From: an uncultured Fibrobacterota bacterium
GTDB lineage: Bacteria; Fibrobacterota; Chitinivibrionia; Chitinivibrionales; FEN-1185
Length of the DNA stretch: 64,000 bases
Direction of reading: 5' to 3'
Assembly (NCBI GenBank): GCA_963753345.1
Contig: CAVWBU010000021.1
Location: 96,001-160,000, forward strand
In this document: positions 20,513 through 29,581 of the stretch, piece after piece
Layout: each line of letters opens with the position of its first letter
Position numbering within the stretch: the first letter of the stretch is position 1
Translations under genes and position numbers: made by a program
The notes under the pieces: generated by a model
Databases searched by the model: none
Told to the model about the DNA's origin: nothing
The model's input: the letters and a program-made list of their open reading frames with translations, nothing else

Positions 20513-22051
20513 ATGATCCCAATTCTAACTACAGCCCAAATGCGGAAAATTGACAAAGCAGCAATCGGCGGAAACACGGCCGCCGGGTACTCGCTGATGA
20601 CGGAGGCGGGCGCGGGCCTGTTCGACGAAGCGCGAAGGCTCGTGATCACCCCCCGCAGCGGCGACATCACGGTGGTGTGCGGCGGCGGAAACAACGGCGG
20701 CGACGGGTTCGCCGCGGCCAGGCTGCTTCTTGAGGCGGGCTACAAGGTGATGTGCTTTGGACTTTGTCAACCGGACGACCTGTCCGGCGAGGCCAGGCTC
20801 GCCTACGATGCTTACGCAGGCCGCGAAGGTAATTTTCTGTTCCTCGACGACGTAGACGACCTTGGCAATTTGCACTCGTGCAGCCTCGTCATCGACGCCA
20901 TGCTCGGCACGGGAACCAAGGGCGATCCCCGCGGCCTGTACGCCGAGGTCATTGAGGCCGTCAACGCCGCGCAGGTGCCGGTGCTTTCGGCCGACACGCC
21001 GTCGGGCCTGGACAACGACCTCGGCACGGCCGGAACGCCGTGCGTGAAGGCAACGGTCACCGTCGCCATGGGGTTTCCGAAAATAGGGCAGTATTTCTAT
21101 CCGGGGAAATCGTTCGTCGGTTCGCTTCGTGTCAAGCCTCTCGGGTATCCGCCGGAAATTGTAGAGAAGAATTCGTCGCGCCTGTTTCTTCCCGAGGTTG
21201 ACGACCTCAGGAAAATGCTGCCGCCGCGCAAACCCGGCGGCTCCAAGTTCGACCACGGCGTGGTGCTCATGCTTGCCGGCTCGGCAGGCATGACCGGCTC
21301 GGCCGCGCTCGCGTCGGTTGCGGCGCTCCGCACCGGCTGCGGCATGGTGCACTGTGCGTCTCCCGCAAGCGCGGTCCCGGTGCTTGGCGCAAAGCTCACC
21401 GAGGTGGTGCTCCACCCGCTGCCGGAGACGAAGTCCGGAAGCGCGGCGCTTTCCGGATCGGAATGGCTGCTTTCCAAGGCCGCGACCTGCCAAGCGCTGT
21501 GCATCGGTCCCGGCCTTTCCCACGACGATGAAACGTCGGCCCTGGTGCGCAGGATGGTGACCAAGAGCCCGGTGCCCGTGGTGCTCGACGCGGACGGCAT
21601 CAATGCGTTCAAGGGCAAGAGCAACGAGCTTGCGTCACGCGCCGCGCCGCTGCTCATCACCCCGCACGCGGGCGAGTGGGCGCGGCTGTTTGCCGAAATG
21701 CCGAAAAGCCCGGTTGAGATTGTTGAAGAGCTGAGGAAAAAGGCAGCGGAATACTCGATGACCATTCTTTACAAAGGCAACCCGACCATCATCGCAGCGC
21801 CCGACGGCGCGGTGTTCCTCTCGCCGTACGGCAATTCGGGCATGGCAACCGCGGGATCGGGCGACGTTCTGAGCGGCATAATCACGTCGCTCGTGGCGCA
21901 GGGTTGCACCGTGACCGATGCGGCCATCCTTGGCGCATACCTTCATGGAAAGGCCGGCGATGCCGCGGCACAGGAGCTGGGCGAGTATTCGATGATTGCC
22001 GGCGACATTGAGAGGAATATTTACAAGGCGATACAAAAGTTGAAGAGTTGA
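20513..22051 (+). CDS. nnr: Bifunctional NAD(P)HX epimerase/dehydratase
   Basis: CGGGNNGGDG, IDAMLGTG, DTPSG, LDADG, ITPHAGE and MATAGSGDVLSG motifs. Confidence 0.93.
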   Translation: MIPILTTAQMRKIDKAAIGGNTAAGYSLMTEAGAGLFDEARRLVITPRSGDITVVCGGGNNGGDGFAAARLLLEAGYKVMCFGLCQPDDLSGEARLAYDAYAGREGNFLFLDDVDDLGNLHSCSLVIDAMLGTGTKGDPRGLYAEVIEAVNAAQVPVLSADTPSGLDNDLGTAGTPCVKATVTVAMGFPKIGQYFYPGKSFVGSLRVKPLGYPPEIVEKNSSRLFLPEVDDLRKMLPPRKPGGSKFDHGVVLMLAGSAGMTGSAALASVAALRTGCGMVHCASPASAVPVLGAKLTEVVLHPLPETKSGSAALSGSEWLLSKAATCQALCIGPGLSHDDETSALVRRMVTKSPVPVVLDADGINAFKGKSNELASRAAPLLITPHAGEWARLFAEMPKSPVEIVEELRKKAAEYSMTILYKGNPTIIAAPDGAVFLSPYGNSGMATAGSGDVLSGIITSLVAQGCTVTDAAILGAYLHGKAGDAAAQELGEYSMIAGDIERNIYKAIQKLKS

Positions 22052-22085
22052 AGCGTTGAAAAGTTGAAGCGTTGAGGAGTTGATG
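22037..22085. repeat. Octamer tandem array (NNGTTGAA-like) at the nnr stop
   Basis: AAGTTGAAGAGTTGAAGCGTTGAAAAGTTGAAGCGTTGAGGAGTTGAT; same unit as the central spacer of the large repeat. Confidence 0.75.
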
Positions 22086-22169
22086 CGCGGATGCGTAAAT
22101 GCGTTTAGGGTTTGAACAGCGGCAGGGAGGATAGAATACACGCAGGTTGACAGGAAGGAAACGACGACC

Positions 22170-22829
22170 TTAATACAGACTGTCAATCATGGCAATTCCA
22201 TTCTTCCTGTATTTCTGCAGGACCTTTTCGCGGTTCTTTTCATTCATCAGTCCGATGCCGCTTTCGATAATTGTCGTTTTATAGCCCCGGTTGACCGCGC
22301 CCCGGGCGGTAAGCATGACGCAGAATTCCGCGTCAACACCTGTGACGTACAATTCATCGATCCTGTTGATTCTCAGGTAGCGGTCCAGGTCCGGGTTTGC
22401 AAATGCGTCGCCCTTGGGTTTGGGAAACGTTGTTGCCATCGGGGCGACCACCCTGGCGTCGGTTTTTGCGCCGGGCGCTCCCCGCATCAAACGGCCGCCG
22501 AGGAACATCTTCGACCAGAGTGTCCCCAGCAAGCCGCCAAATTCCTGATCCACGATAACCACCGGCATGTGCATGGAATCTGCGCGATGGATTGCGGTGT
22601 TGATGGCTGCGATCAATGCCGCGGAATTCTTGTACGGATACGGCGGCGCGGACAGGGAGCCGGTCAATGCTTCCTGGATGTCAATTATCATGAGCGCCGC
22701 GCGGGGATGTTCGTATTTACTGATGTGTTTGGCGGAAGTGGGTGAGGCCATGTAGAGGGCCCAGAGGAAGAGGGCGACAATGAGAAGACTTACGGCAATA
22801 CTGGTGACGATGAGAAATTTTTTCAACAT
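22170..22829 (-). CDS. Isochorismatase-family cysteine hydrolase with N-terminal membrane anchor
   Basis: ALMIIDIQ, K..GDAF and GVDAEFCV..TA.GA..RGY motifs. Confidence 0.85.
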   Translation of the reverse strand: MLKKFLIVTSIAVSLLIVALFLWALYMASPTSAKHISKYEHPRAALMIIDIQEALTGSLSAPPYPYKNSAALIAAINTAIHRADSMHMPVVIVDQEFGGLLGTLWSKMFLGGRLMRGAPGAKTDARVVAPMATTFPKPKGDAFANPDLDRYLRINRIDELYVTGVDAEFCVMLTARGAVNRGYKTTIIESGIGLMNEKNREKVLQKYRKNGIAMIDSLY

Positions 22830-23112
22830 GGTTTTATGCCTTCAACGGTTAGAGCGTATTGATATGGCATTCACCTGAGAATCGACTTTTGTAATTGATA
22901 AATGAAGAATAGAAATGCCTTTGGGAGCTTCGCGGGGTGCAGCGTGGTTGGGCCTGTGGCAAGACCGAAACACCCGTTGCGCGCACCCTTGAAGCGGCAG
23001 TTGTGAAGCAAAAGATGTTATGTCTGTTCATGAGTATAATCCTGTACTGATTTTTTAATCTTCAAAGTATCAAGAAACAAATCGGTGAATTAATGGACAT
23101 CTCAACCTTGTA

Positions 23113-23958
23113 CTATTTTGACTCGATCTCTTTCAGTGGCTTACCATTTTTGTCTTTCCAGGCAATCAAGCCGTTTGCGGAACCACCGTGAACTACGGCT
23201 GCGGCAGCACTCGGACTGGAAAACTCTTCGTCGCGGGTGAACACGAGATGATCCTTTTTCAAAGATAGAACGCCCTCATCCTTGAGCCGTTGACGCATGT
23301 TTATCGGCCAAGGATACTTTTGTGATGATTTCCGCTCAACCAGTACGGCTTGAGACCCTTCCATGACAAGAAATCCATTTGGGGTAAGATGCCCTTGCGC
23401 AATTAAGCCCTTTATTTCGCAGTACAACATTCCTTCTTTTCTATCTATTCCTGTTTTCCCAATGGAAGTTACCAGTAATTCATTTCCAAGAACGGGCAAT
23501 AGTTGATTTATCTTTTCTAGAAAAACCTCCATGTCTTCACGATCCGATTCGGGCAGTTTTGCACCACTGCTTTGACTGTTTATTACAATTGCACGTCCAG
23601 CGTGTTGCGCTTGCTCGATGAGTCTTCCTTCTAGATAGCGTATATGAGCCTTAGTAAGGTTCTCATCTTTACTTATGAAATAAATCATCTGATTCCAGAA
23701 ATCCTTGTCTAAATGGGACTTTACGCGGTCCTTGATGTTTTCCGCTTCGCCAATATATATCGCTGGCTTGCCTGTTTCAGGATCGATTCCGCTAAGGAGG
23801 TAAATGCCAGAATTATTGCCTTCTTCCCTACGAACAACTTCTTCAAATTCGCTGCGCGGGCCAGCAACAGCTTTTCCGGTCCAGTTTGACAATTCGGCCG
23901 TACGCAGACGCTTGGGATCTCCGTGAACGAGAAAGATTCTAATTGTTGCACTTGCCAT
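23113..23958 (-). CDS. GIY-YIG nuclease family protein with C-terminal DUF4357-like domain
   Basis: GIYLL...IYIGEAE...R...H...YLE; C-terminal FSSPSAAAAVVHGGSANGLIAWKD; AT-rich relative to neighbours. Confidence 0.85.
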   Translation of the reverse strand: MASATIRIFLVHGDPKRLRTAELSNWTGKAVAGPRSEFEEVVRREEGNNSGIYLLSGIDPETGKPAIYIGEAENIKDRVKSHLDKDFWNQMIYFISKDENLTKAHIRYLEGRLIEQAQHAGRAIVINSQSSGAKLPESDREDMEVFLEKINQLLPVLGNELLVTSIGKTGIDRKEGMLYCEIKGLIAQGHLTPNGFLVMEGSQAVLVERKSSQKYPWPINMRQRLKDEGVLSLKKDHLVFTRDEEFSSPSAAAAVVHGGSANGLIAWKDKNGKPLKEIESK

Positions 23959-24082
23959 TATGTGACCCTCCGGTGGCTACATGTCAACGAATATCTTTTT
24001 GAGAAGGCAACGTTTTCCGTTCTATCTCCTTACAGGTAGAAAAATCCTAAATTCATTTCCCGCTCCTCAGCCCTTCTCTTCA

Positions 24083-24158
24083 CTGTCAACCGCCAACCGT
24101 CAACTGTCAACTTCGATCCTCTCAACTCTCAATTCCAACTCTCAACTTTCAACTTTCA
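24083..24158. repeat. Heptamer tandem array (NNTCAAC) overlapping the coaX stop
   Basis: CTGTCAACCGCCAACCGTCAACTGTCAAC...CTCTCAACTCTCAATTCCAACTCTCAACTTTCAACTTTCAA. Confidence 0.75.
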
Positions 24159-24918
24159 AAAACAACGCTGTTCCAACCAACGTCATCTCCTTCACATATT
24201 CATACTCAAACCCCACCAATTTCTCCACATGCCTCCATGCCCCTCCCGTCGCCATCACCAAAGCATCTTTCCCGAATTGTTCTTTGTACCGCGCCACGAC
24301 AAACGAGAGCGCGCCCGCGGTCCCGTAGACCACGCCGGTCGTCATGGCCGATTTTGTGGACCTGCCCGGAAACTCTGTTGCCGATTCGTCAAGCTCCACC
24401 GCCGGGAGCGCAGCGGCGTGCTCGTGCAGGCTCGAAAGCTGGGTGGAGATGCCCGGCATTATAGTTCCGCCGCTGAATTCGTTGCCGTTTTTGAGAAAGT
24501 CCACGGTGACGGCCGTGCCCGCGTCGATGATGACCTGGCTTCTTCCCGGATGTGCGGTGCAACAGTACAGGCAGTCGGCAAGGCGGTCGGGCCCGAGCGA
24601 GGCTGCGTTGTCGTAGGAGACTTTGATCGGAAAGCGCGGCGTGTGTTCGAACCAGACCGGCGGATTGCAGCCGGCCTCGGCGATGGCGCCGGCAACGGCG
24701 CTGCGGCCGATTGTGACAACAGAGCACACCACAACGGGAAGGGACATTGCGCCGCCGACTGCGGAAGCCAGATCCTTGAGCGAGCCGCCGAGACGCCGGA
24801 CCGCGTCCTTAGTGGGGAACACGTCGGACCGCAGGCAGGAAAGCTTGCCGCAGTCGATCACTCCTGCATGCGTATTGGTGTTGCCGATGTCAATTGCAAG
24901 AACGAGGGTATTTGCCAT
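24142..24918 (-). CDS. coaX: Type III pantothenate kinase
   Basis: AIDIGNTN, LGPDR, IIDAGTAVTVD, GGTIMPG and ATGG motifs. Confidence 0.93.
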   Translation of the reverse strand: MANTLVLAIDIGNTNTHAGVIDCGKLSCLRSDVFPTKDAVRRLGGSLKDLASAVGGAMSLPVVVCSVVTIGRSAVAGAIAEAGCNPPVWFEHTPRFPIKVSYDNAASLGPDRLADCLYCCTAHPGRSQVIIDAGTAVTVDFLKNGNEFSGGTIMPGISTQLSSLHEHAAALPAVELDESATEFPGRSTKSAMTTGVVYGTAGALSFVVARYKEQFGKDALVMATGGAWRHVEKLVGFEYEYVKEMTLVGTALFLKVES

Positions 24919-24949
24919 ACAACAAAAATATATGGGGACGTGCCGGCCG

Positions 24950-25705
24950 TCACAGCCGGCTTGGGAACCGTACTGGTCCAGTAGACAGGAGGAGCTCCTT
25001 GTGCCCGGCAAAAAGCCGCATTCTTCCGTCTTCGAGCACGCCGGTGAAAATTCCTTTTGTGCCGTGCACTTCGCAGAAGGACCCCTGTCCGTAAAGACGG
25101 TTCGCATACAGCAGGTGCGCGGCGCCCGCGTCAAGCGGCAGATATTTCCAGAACCGCTTGAGAATGGCGCAGAGCAGGCCGCCGATTGCGTGCCGTTTCT
25201 TCGTCTCCATGAGAAGCGACGTCGCGACGCGGCTTACATCGGGCGGAAAGGTACTGGCCGCAATGTTGACGTTGATGCCGAACCCAATCACGATGAAGCC
25301 CGGGCGGGAAGGCACGGTTTCCAGAAGGATGCCGCAGATTTTCCTGTCGCCCCAGTAGATGTCGTTGGGCCACTTGACGCTAAGCGCAGCCTTGGGCGCG
25401 AGGGCCTTTATCCCGTCGAAAATCGCAAGGCTCATCGAACGGTTCAAGGAGAAATGCGATGAAAGGTCCTTGAGGGGACACACCACGCTCGCGTACAGCC
25501 CGCCATTTACTTCAGAGAAAAACGTGTTCTGGCGCTGTCCCCGGCCCGCGGTCTGCCTGGTTGCCCAGACGACGACGATGCCCTTTTCCGGATAGGCCGG
25601 CAGGTTCTTGGCAAACGCATTGGTGGAATCGAGGACGTCAAAGTGGTGAAGATGCTCGACAAAGGGGAGGGAGCGAATGGTAGATAAATGGTCGGATGTG
25701 CTCAT
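24950..25705 (-). CDS. birA: Biotin--[acetyl-CoA-carboxylase] ligase
   Basis: DSTN, QTAGRGQR, VKWPND, KICGILLE and GFGINV motifs. Confidence 0.92.
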   Translation of the reverse strand: MSTSDHLSTIRSLPFVEHLHHFDVLDSTNAFAKNLPAYPEKGIVVVWATRQTAGRGQRQNTFFSEVNGGLYASVVCPLKDLSSHFSLNRSMSLAIFDGIKALAPKAALSVKWPNDIYWGDRKICGILLETVPSRPGFIVIGFGINVNIAASTFPPDVSRVATSLLMETKKRHAIGGLLCAILKRFWKYLPLDAGAAHLLYANRLYGQGSFCEVHGTKGIFTGVLEDGRMRLFAGHKELLLSTGPVRFPSRL

Positions 25706-25784
25706 GGGTGATGCAATTCCTCCGGCATCAGGGTCGGCGCTGATTCCAACAGTTGAGGAAACTTTTTGTACGATTCGTTCTAAC

Positions 25785-25820
25785 CTCACCCCCGTCCCCT
25801 CTCCGATCGGAGAGGGGTGG
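25785..25820. repeat. REP-like hairpin (CCCCTCTCC-N-GGAGAGGGG family)
   Basis: CCTCACCCCCGTCCCCTCTCCGATCGGAGAGGGG; related to CCCCTCTCCACTTGTGGAGAGGGG at about 35390. Confidence 0.65.
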
Positions 25821-25845
25821 CAGGATTGGCCAGCACTCCTCTGCG

Positions 25846-26012
25846 CCGCGTTAGGCCGGAACGGAGGCCGCGCTGGAGCGTGGTGCTGCCTGACCACGGC
25901 CCGGAGGGCCATCGTGGCAGGCAGCCCGAGGCCGAAGGCCGAGACCGGAGCGAGGGCCGACCCTTTGGTAGAAGCGAAATATATTTCGCCTCTACCAAAG
26001 GGTAACGCCCAA
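25846..26012 (+). repeat. Structured repeat copy D (GCGTTAGG...AACGCCCAA arm only)
   Basis: GCGTTAGGCCGGAACGGAGGCCGCGCTGGAGCGTGG...GGCCGAAGGCCGAGACCGG...GGTAACGCCCAA. Confidence 0.85.
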
Positions 26013-26027
26013 GTCATTCTTATCTCT

Positions 26028-26888
26028 TCATTCAATTACCAGATGCATGTCAACGATCGCCGCGCTGTGGGTTATCGCGCCGACCGAAATGAAATCCACG
26101 CCTGTTTCGGCGATGGCGACAATGGTGTCTACAGTCACATTGCCACTTGCCTCAAGCTCAATCCCCGGCGCCGAAGCCCGCGCGCGTTTTACGCACGCAG
26201 CCGTGTCGGCGATGTTCATGTTGTCAAGCATTATCCTGTCGGGCGCGCAGGCGAGCGCCTCCTCGAATTCGTGCAGCGTCTGCGTTTCGGCCTCGATCTT
26301 CACGGCAAGGCCGGACTCCTTGACAAATGCCTGCGCCTTGCGCACGGCGGCCGCCACGCCGGCCGCGGCCTTCACGTGCGTGTGCTTTACAAGGATCATG
26401 TCGAACAGGCCGAAACGGTGGTTGAGGCCGCCGCCGTGGACCACAGCCTCCTTCTCGAGCGCCCGGAGAAGGGGAGTGGTCTTGCGTGTGTCAAGCAGCT
26501 TCGCCCGCGTGTGGGCGATTTCGGCTGCGAGGAGCCGCGTGGCGGTCGCCACGCCGCTCAGGTGCTGGAGAAAGTTGAGCGCAACGCGCTCGCCCGCAAG
26601 GATGGGGTGCACGGGCCCGCTCAGCGCGCAGATGCGCGAATCGGGCTCGAGCGAGGCCCCGCTTTCACACAGCATAGTGACCGATATTGATTTGTCAAGA
26701 GAATGAAAGAGTGGCTCAAGGAGCTTTATGCCCGAAAGAACGCCGCTCGCCTTGCTTTTTATCGCCGCGTTTGCGCGCGCTCCTTTGCCGAATATTGCCT
26801 GCGACGTTATGTCGCCGCGCTGCCCGAGGTCTTCGGCCAGTGCCTGGCGGATCAGGGAGTCAAGTGACGCGTCGCCTGCAAACGTCAT
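26028..26888 (-). CDS. nadC: Quinolinate phosphoribosyltransferase (nicotinate-nucleotide diphosphorylase, carboxylating)
   Basis: ALAEDLG..GDITS, ERVALN, DTRKTTP, NHRFGL, IMLDNM, EASGN and SVGAITHS motifs. Confidence 0.95.
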   Translation of the reverse strand: MTFAGDASLDSLIRQALAEDLGQRGDITSQAIFGKGARANAAIKSKASGVLSGIKLLEPLFHSLDKSISVTMLCESGASLEPDSRICALSGPVHPILAGERVALNFLQHLSGVATATRLLAAEIAHTRAKLLDTRKTTPLLRALEKEAVVHGGGLNHRFGLFDMILVKHTHVKAAAGVAAAVRKAQAFVKESGLAVKIEAETQTLHEFEEALACAPDRIMLDNMNIADTAACVKRARASAPGIELEASGNVTVDTIVAIAETGVDFISVGAITHSAAIVDMHLVIE

Positions 26889-29017
26889 AGGAACCCGTAG
26901 CGCAGCCCGAGGTAGAATTCCACGACATTGTCGCCGGGATCGATCCTGTTGTTGGAGTTCATGTCGAGAAGATACCACGACATCCCGCCGCACAGGCCCA
27001 CACCGAAGATAATCGGGTTGGTCACGATGTCGAGGCCGGCGTGCAATCCCCACGAGGGAATCACCGCGCCGCGTGGATACAGGCCGCCGTGCGTCTCTTC
27101 CACGTACGCGGCGCCGTACCGTATGGGGCGCCACAAGCTGTCGTTTACGGAAACGGAAAGACCGAAGGACAGGTCCGGGTCGGCGTAGTTCGTGTCCAAA
27201 AGGAGCGCGCAGTTTTCGAAAATGTTCTGTTTATACATAAGGGAAAACGACAGGCCCCTCAGGGGATTCATCCCGTAGAACAGTTCGAGCTTCGTGCCGA
27301 GTCTTCTGGTGTTGAGAACCGAATTCTGGGTGACCAGCGTGTCCTGGGCGGCCGCGGTGTCGAAAAGCATTTCGCGGTTTGCCATGTACGAGGAATTGAA
27401 CTGGCCCTCAACGATCCTGCCCTGCTGTATGGTGAGGTTAAGTTTGAAGCACATGGAATTCATCCGCGCTTCCACTGTGGGGACCCGCAGGAGGAACCCG
27501 TCGGTGCGGTTGGGGACCAGTTTCTGGGCGAAGGCCATGCCGAACGCGAGTACCTGGTCGTAGGTGGATATGGCCGCGGCGTTGAAATCGACCTGATACA
27601 TGTAGGCCGCTGCGGAGGGGTCGAGCCTGACCGTGGCGGAGCCGGCGCGGGGAAGGTTAACAAAGCGGAAACCAGTCGAGTCGGCGGATTCCACATACTC
27701 CATGTTGCGGTCGAAGAAGAACCCTGCCCCGAGATGGAACATTTCCGGCTCGAACGACAGGTAGGCGCCGCCCGGCGAAGGCGCGGCGACGTCGCCGAGG
27801 AATGCCTTGAGGCCGAAGTCGCCGAGCTGGCCCTGGGCAATAAGCCCCAGCGGGTGGAATATCGAATACGGGTTGCAGTTGTTGTATCCGTCAACCAACA
27901 GGCCGTCGCCGAGCGTGTAGTTCCGCACCGGGCCGAATTTGACAAAATTGGAATCGGAAAAAGGGCCGATGGTGATGTGATCGACAAGGTCGAGGTATCC
28001 CGAAAGGGATTTTGTATCGTAGAAAAACGGCCGGCCGGTGTAGTTCGCCGCAATGGGGAGCCTGAGCCCTGCGCCGAACATGCCGCTCGAATACGAAGGA
28101 ATAAAGGAATACGATTGAAACAACCGGCCGCCGGCCATGGCAAGATCATTTGTTTCCTGCACGACAATCTTCCGTTCCGTCGAAACGTCCGGCGGCAGAA
28201 AGGGCGCGAAACTGAGTTCTTCTTTGTCGCGGTCGGTCATGATGGACGCCCAGAGCCTGTTCTCGCTGAATTCCCGTTTGTATCCCATGCCGCCGGCGCC
28301 GCCGTACTGCTGCGGAGCACCGGCCGTCGCAGGCCCGACGCCGGCTTCCTCCTCTGCAGGCCTCACGCCGGCGGCGCCGAGCTCGCGGTCTATGCGGTCG
28401 TCGCCGAAGATCTGCTTGAGTTCGACGATCTCCCGCACCGTGACGGCATAGGGGGCCAAGGGCTCCCTTCCGGGGAAAATCGAGGTGGTCTGTCCGGACG
28501 CAAGCGTGGTTTCCTCTTTCTGGGAAATGTTTCTGGTTTTCATCGATCCGGCCAGCGACTTGAACCCGGTTTCCCCGGTCTTTGGATCAACGACCGCGGA
28601 AAATGATCCGCCCTGCGTTTCCCCCACCGCGTCCGACGTGAACACGCTGACGCGGCAGTTGGAAACCGCTTTCACAAAACAGCCGCCGCCGAAAAGGGTA
28701 AGGTTCACTTCGGAGAGCACGGCGCCGTTGTCGGATTTCCGGTCGCGGACATTGAACAGCACCTTGGAATTTGGTCCGAGCACCACCGCGTTGCCCGAGC
28801 CGAACTGCACCACGAGCCTGGTCTGGAAATAGGTTTCAACCATGTCGTTGTCGCGCAGGCGGGAATCGACCGTCAGCTTTTCCCATTTCTTCTTCGAGAC
28901 ATGCTGGACTTTTGCGCTTCCGTCAAGCGAAACGACGTTGAACTCAGGCTGCGTAAACGCGGGGGCCGCGGCGCACAGGAGTGCAAGGATTGCGAGCGAT
29001 GCCGGGAGCGGTTTCAT
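26885..29017 (-). CDS. Secreted FecR-like domain protein with possible C-terminal outer-membrane domain
   Basis: Signal peptide; N-terminal L..NDMVET...LVVQFGSG..VVLGPNSKV resembles FecR; C-terminal DMNSNNRID and YLGLRYGFL. Confidence 0.6.
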   Translation of the reverse strand: MKPLPASLAILALLCAAAPAFTQPEFNVVSLDGSAKVQHVSKKKWEKLTVDSRLRDNDMVETYFQTRLVVQFGSGNAVVLGPNSKVLFNVRDRKSDNGAVLSEVNLTLFGGGCFVKAVSNCRVSVFTSDAVGETQGGSFSAVVDPKTGETGFKSLAGSMKTRNISQKEETTLASGQTTSIFPGREPLAPYAVTVREIVELKQIFGDDRIDRELGAAGVRPAEEEAGVGPATAGAPQQYGGAGGMGYKREFSENRLWASIMTDRDKEELSFAPFLPPDVSTERKIVVQETNDLAMAGGRLFQSYSFIPSYSSGMFGAGLRLPIAANYTGRPFFYDTKSLSGYLDLVDHITIGPFSDSNFVKFGPVRNYTLGDGLLVDGYNNCNPYSIFHPLGLIAQGQLGDFGLKAFLGDVAAPSPGGAYLSFEPEMFHLGAGFFFDRNMEYVESADSTGFRFVNLPRAGSATVRLDPSAAAYMYQVDFNAAAISTYDQVLAFGMAFAQKLVPNRTDGFLLRVPTVEARMNSMCFKLNLTIQQGRIVEGQFNSSYMANREMLFDTAAAQDTLVTQNSVLNTRRLGTKLELFYGMNPLRGLSFSLMYKQNIFENCALLLDTNYADPDLSFGLSVSVNDSLWRPIRYGAAYVEETHGGLYPRGAVIPSWGLHAGLDIVTNPIIFGVGLCGGMSWYLLDMNSNNRIDPGDNVVEFYLGLRYGFL

Positions 29018-29106
29018 CTAAGGGTAAAATAATATCCACAAACGGGCAAGTGTCACCAATACGGCGGCGTGGCGGAATCGTTTGACCGGCAAGAATAGAA
29101 TAGGAT

Positions 29107-29562
29107 TTGGGCGTTTCCCCGGCTATGTAGAGGCGTAGCGCGCTACTCCTCTACATAGCCGGGGTCGGTCTCCTTCCGGGCTCGGCTATCCGCCTCGTTG
29201 CCGGACCGCCCTATGCCTAGAGACGCAGCACCGCTGCGTCTCTACCGGCCGGGGTCGGCCGGCAATTCGCTCTGGCTCACCCTCCAGTCCACCTAACGCG
29301 CGGCAACCGTTATTATCATCAGTCAACTACTTATTCTTGCGCCAATCGGAATGCTCAAAATATCATGTAGTGTCTTTCCAGTCACTTCTCAACTTCTAAA
29401 CCTTTCAACTACTCTCCGTGGGTGCCGCCACAACAATGCATGGTCTTGCAACTACTTTGTCAAGGCGGTCACCCAGGAGGGGGTAGCGAAGGACCGGCGC
29501 GGAAAAAGATGAACTCTGAAAATATGAGTGCCGGGCCGGAGCGAGGGGGAAACTTCCCCCGC
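29107..29562 (-). repeat. Bipartite structured intergenic repeat, copy E
   Basis: TTGGGCGTTTCCCC...CCTAACGCGCGGCAA...TCTTGCGCCAATCGG...GGGTGCCGCC/GGCGGTCACCC...GAGGGGGAAACTTCCCCCGC. Confidence 0.92.
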
Positions 29563-29581
29563 AAAAAAGAATTTCTCTTCT

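Noticed and set aside
24950-26035. N-terminal extensions of the birA, coaX, nadC and def ORFs in the ORF track
   Set aside because: The extensions run through repeats or neighbouring genes; family motifs begin at the downstream starts used in the feature list.
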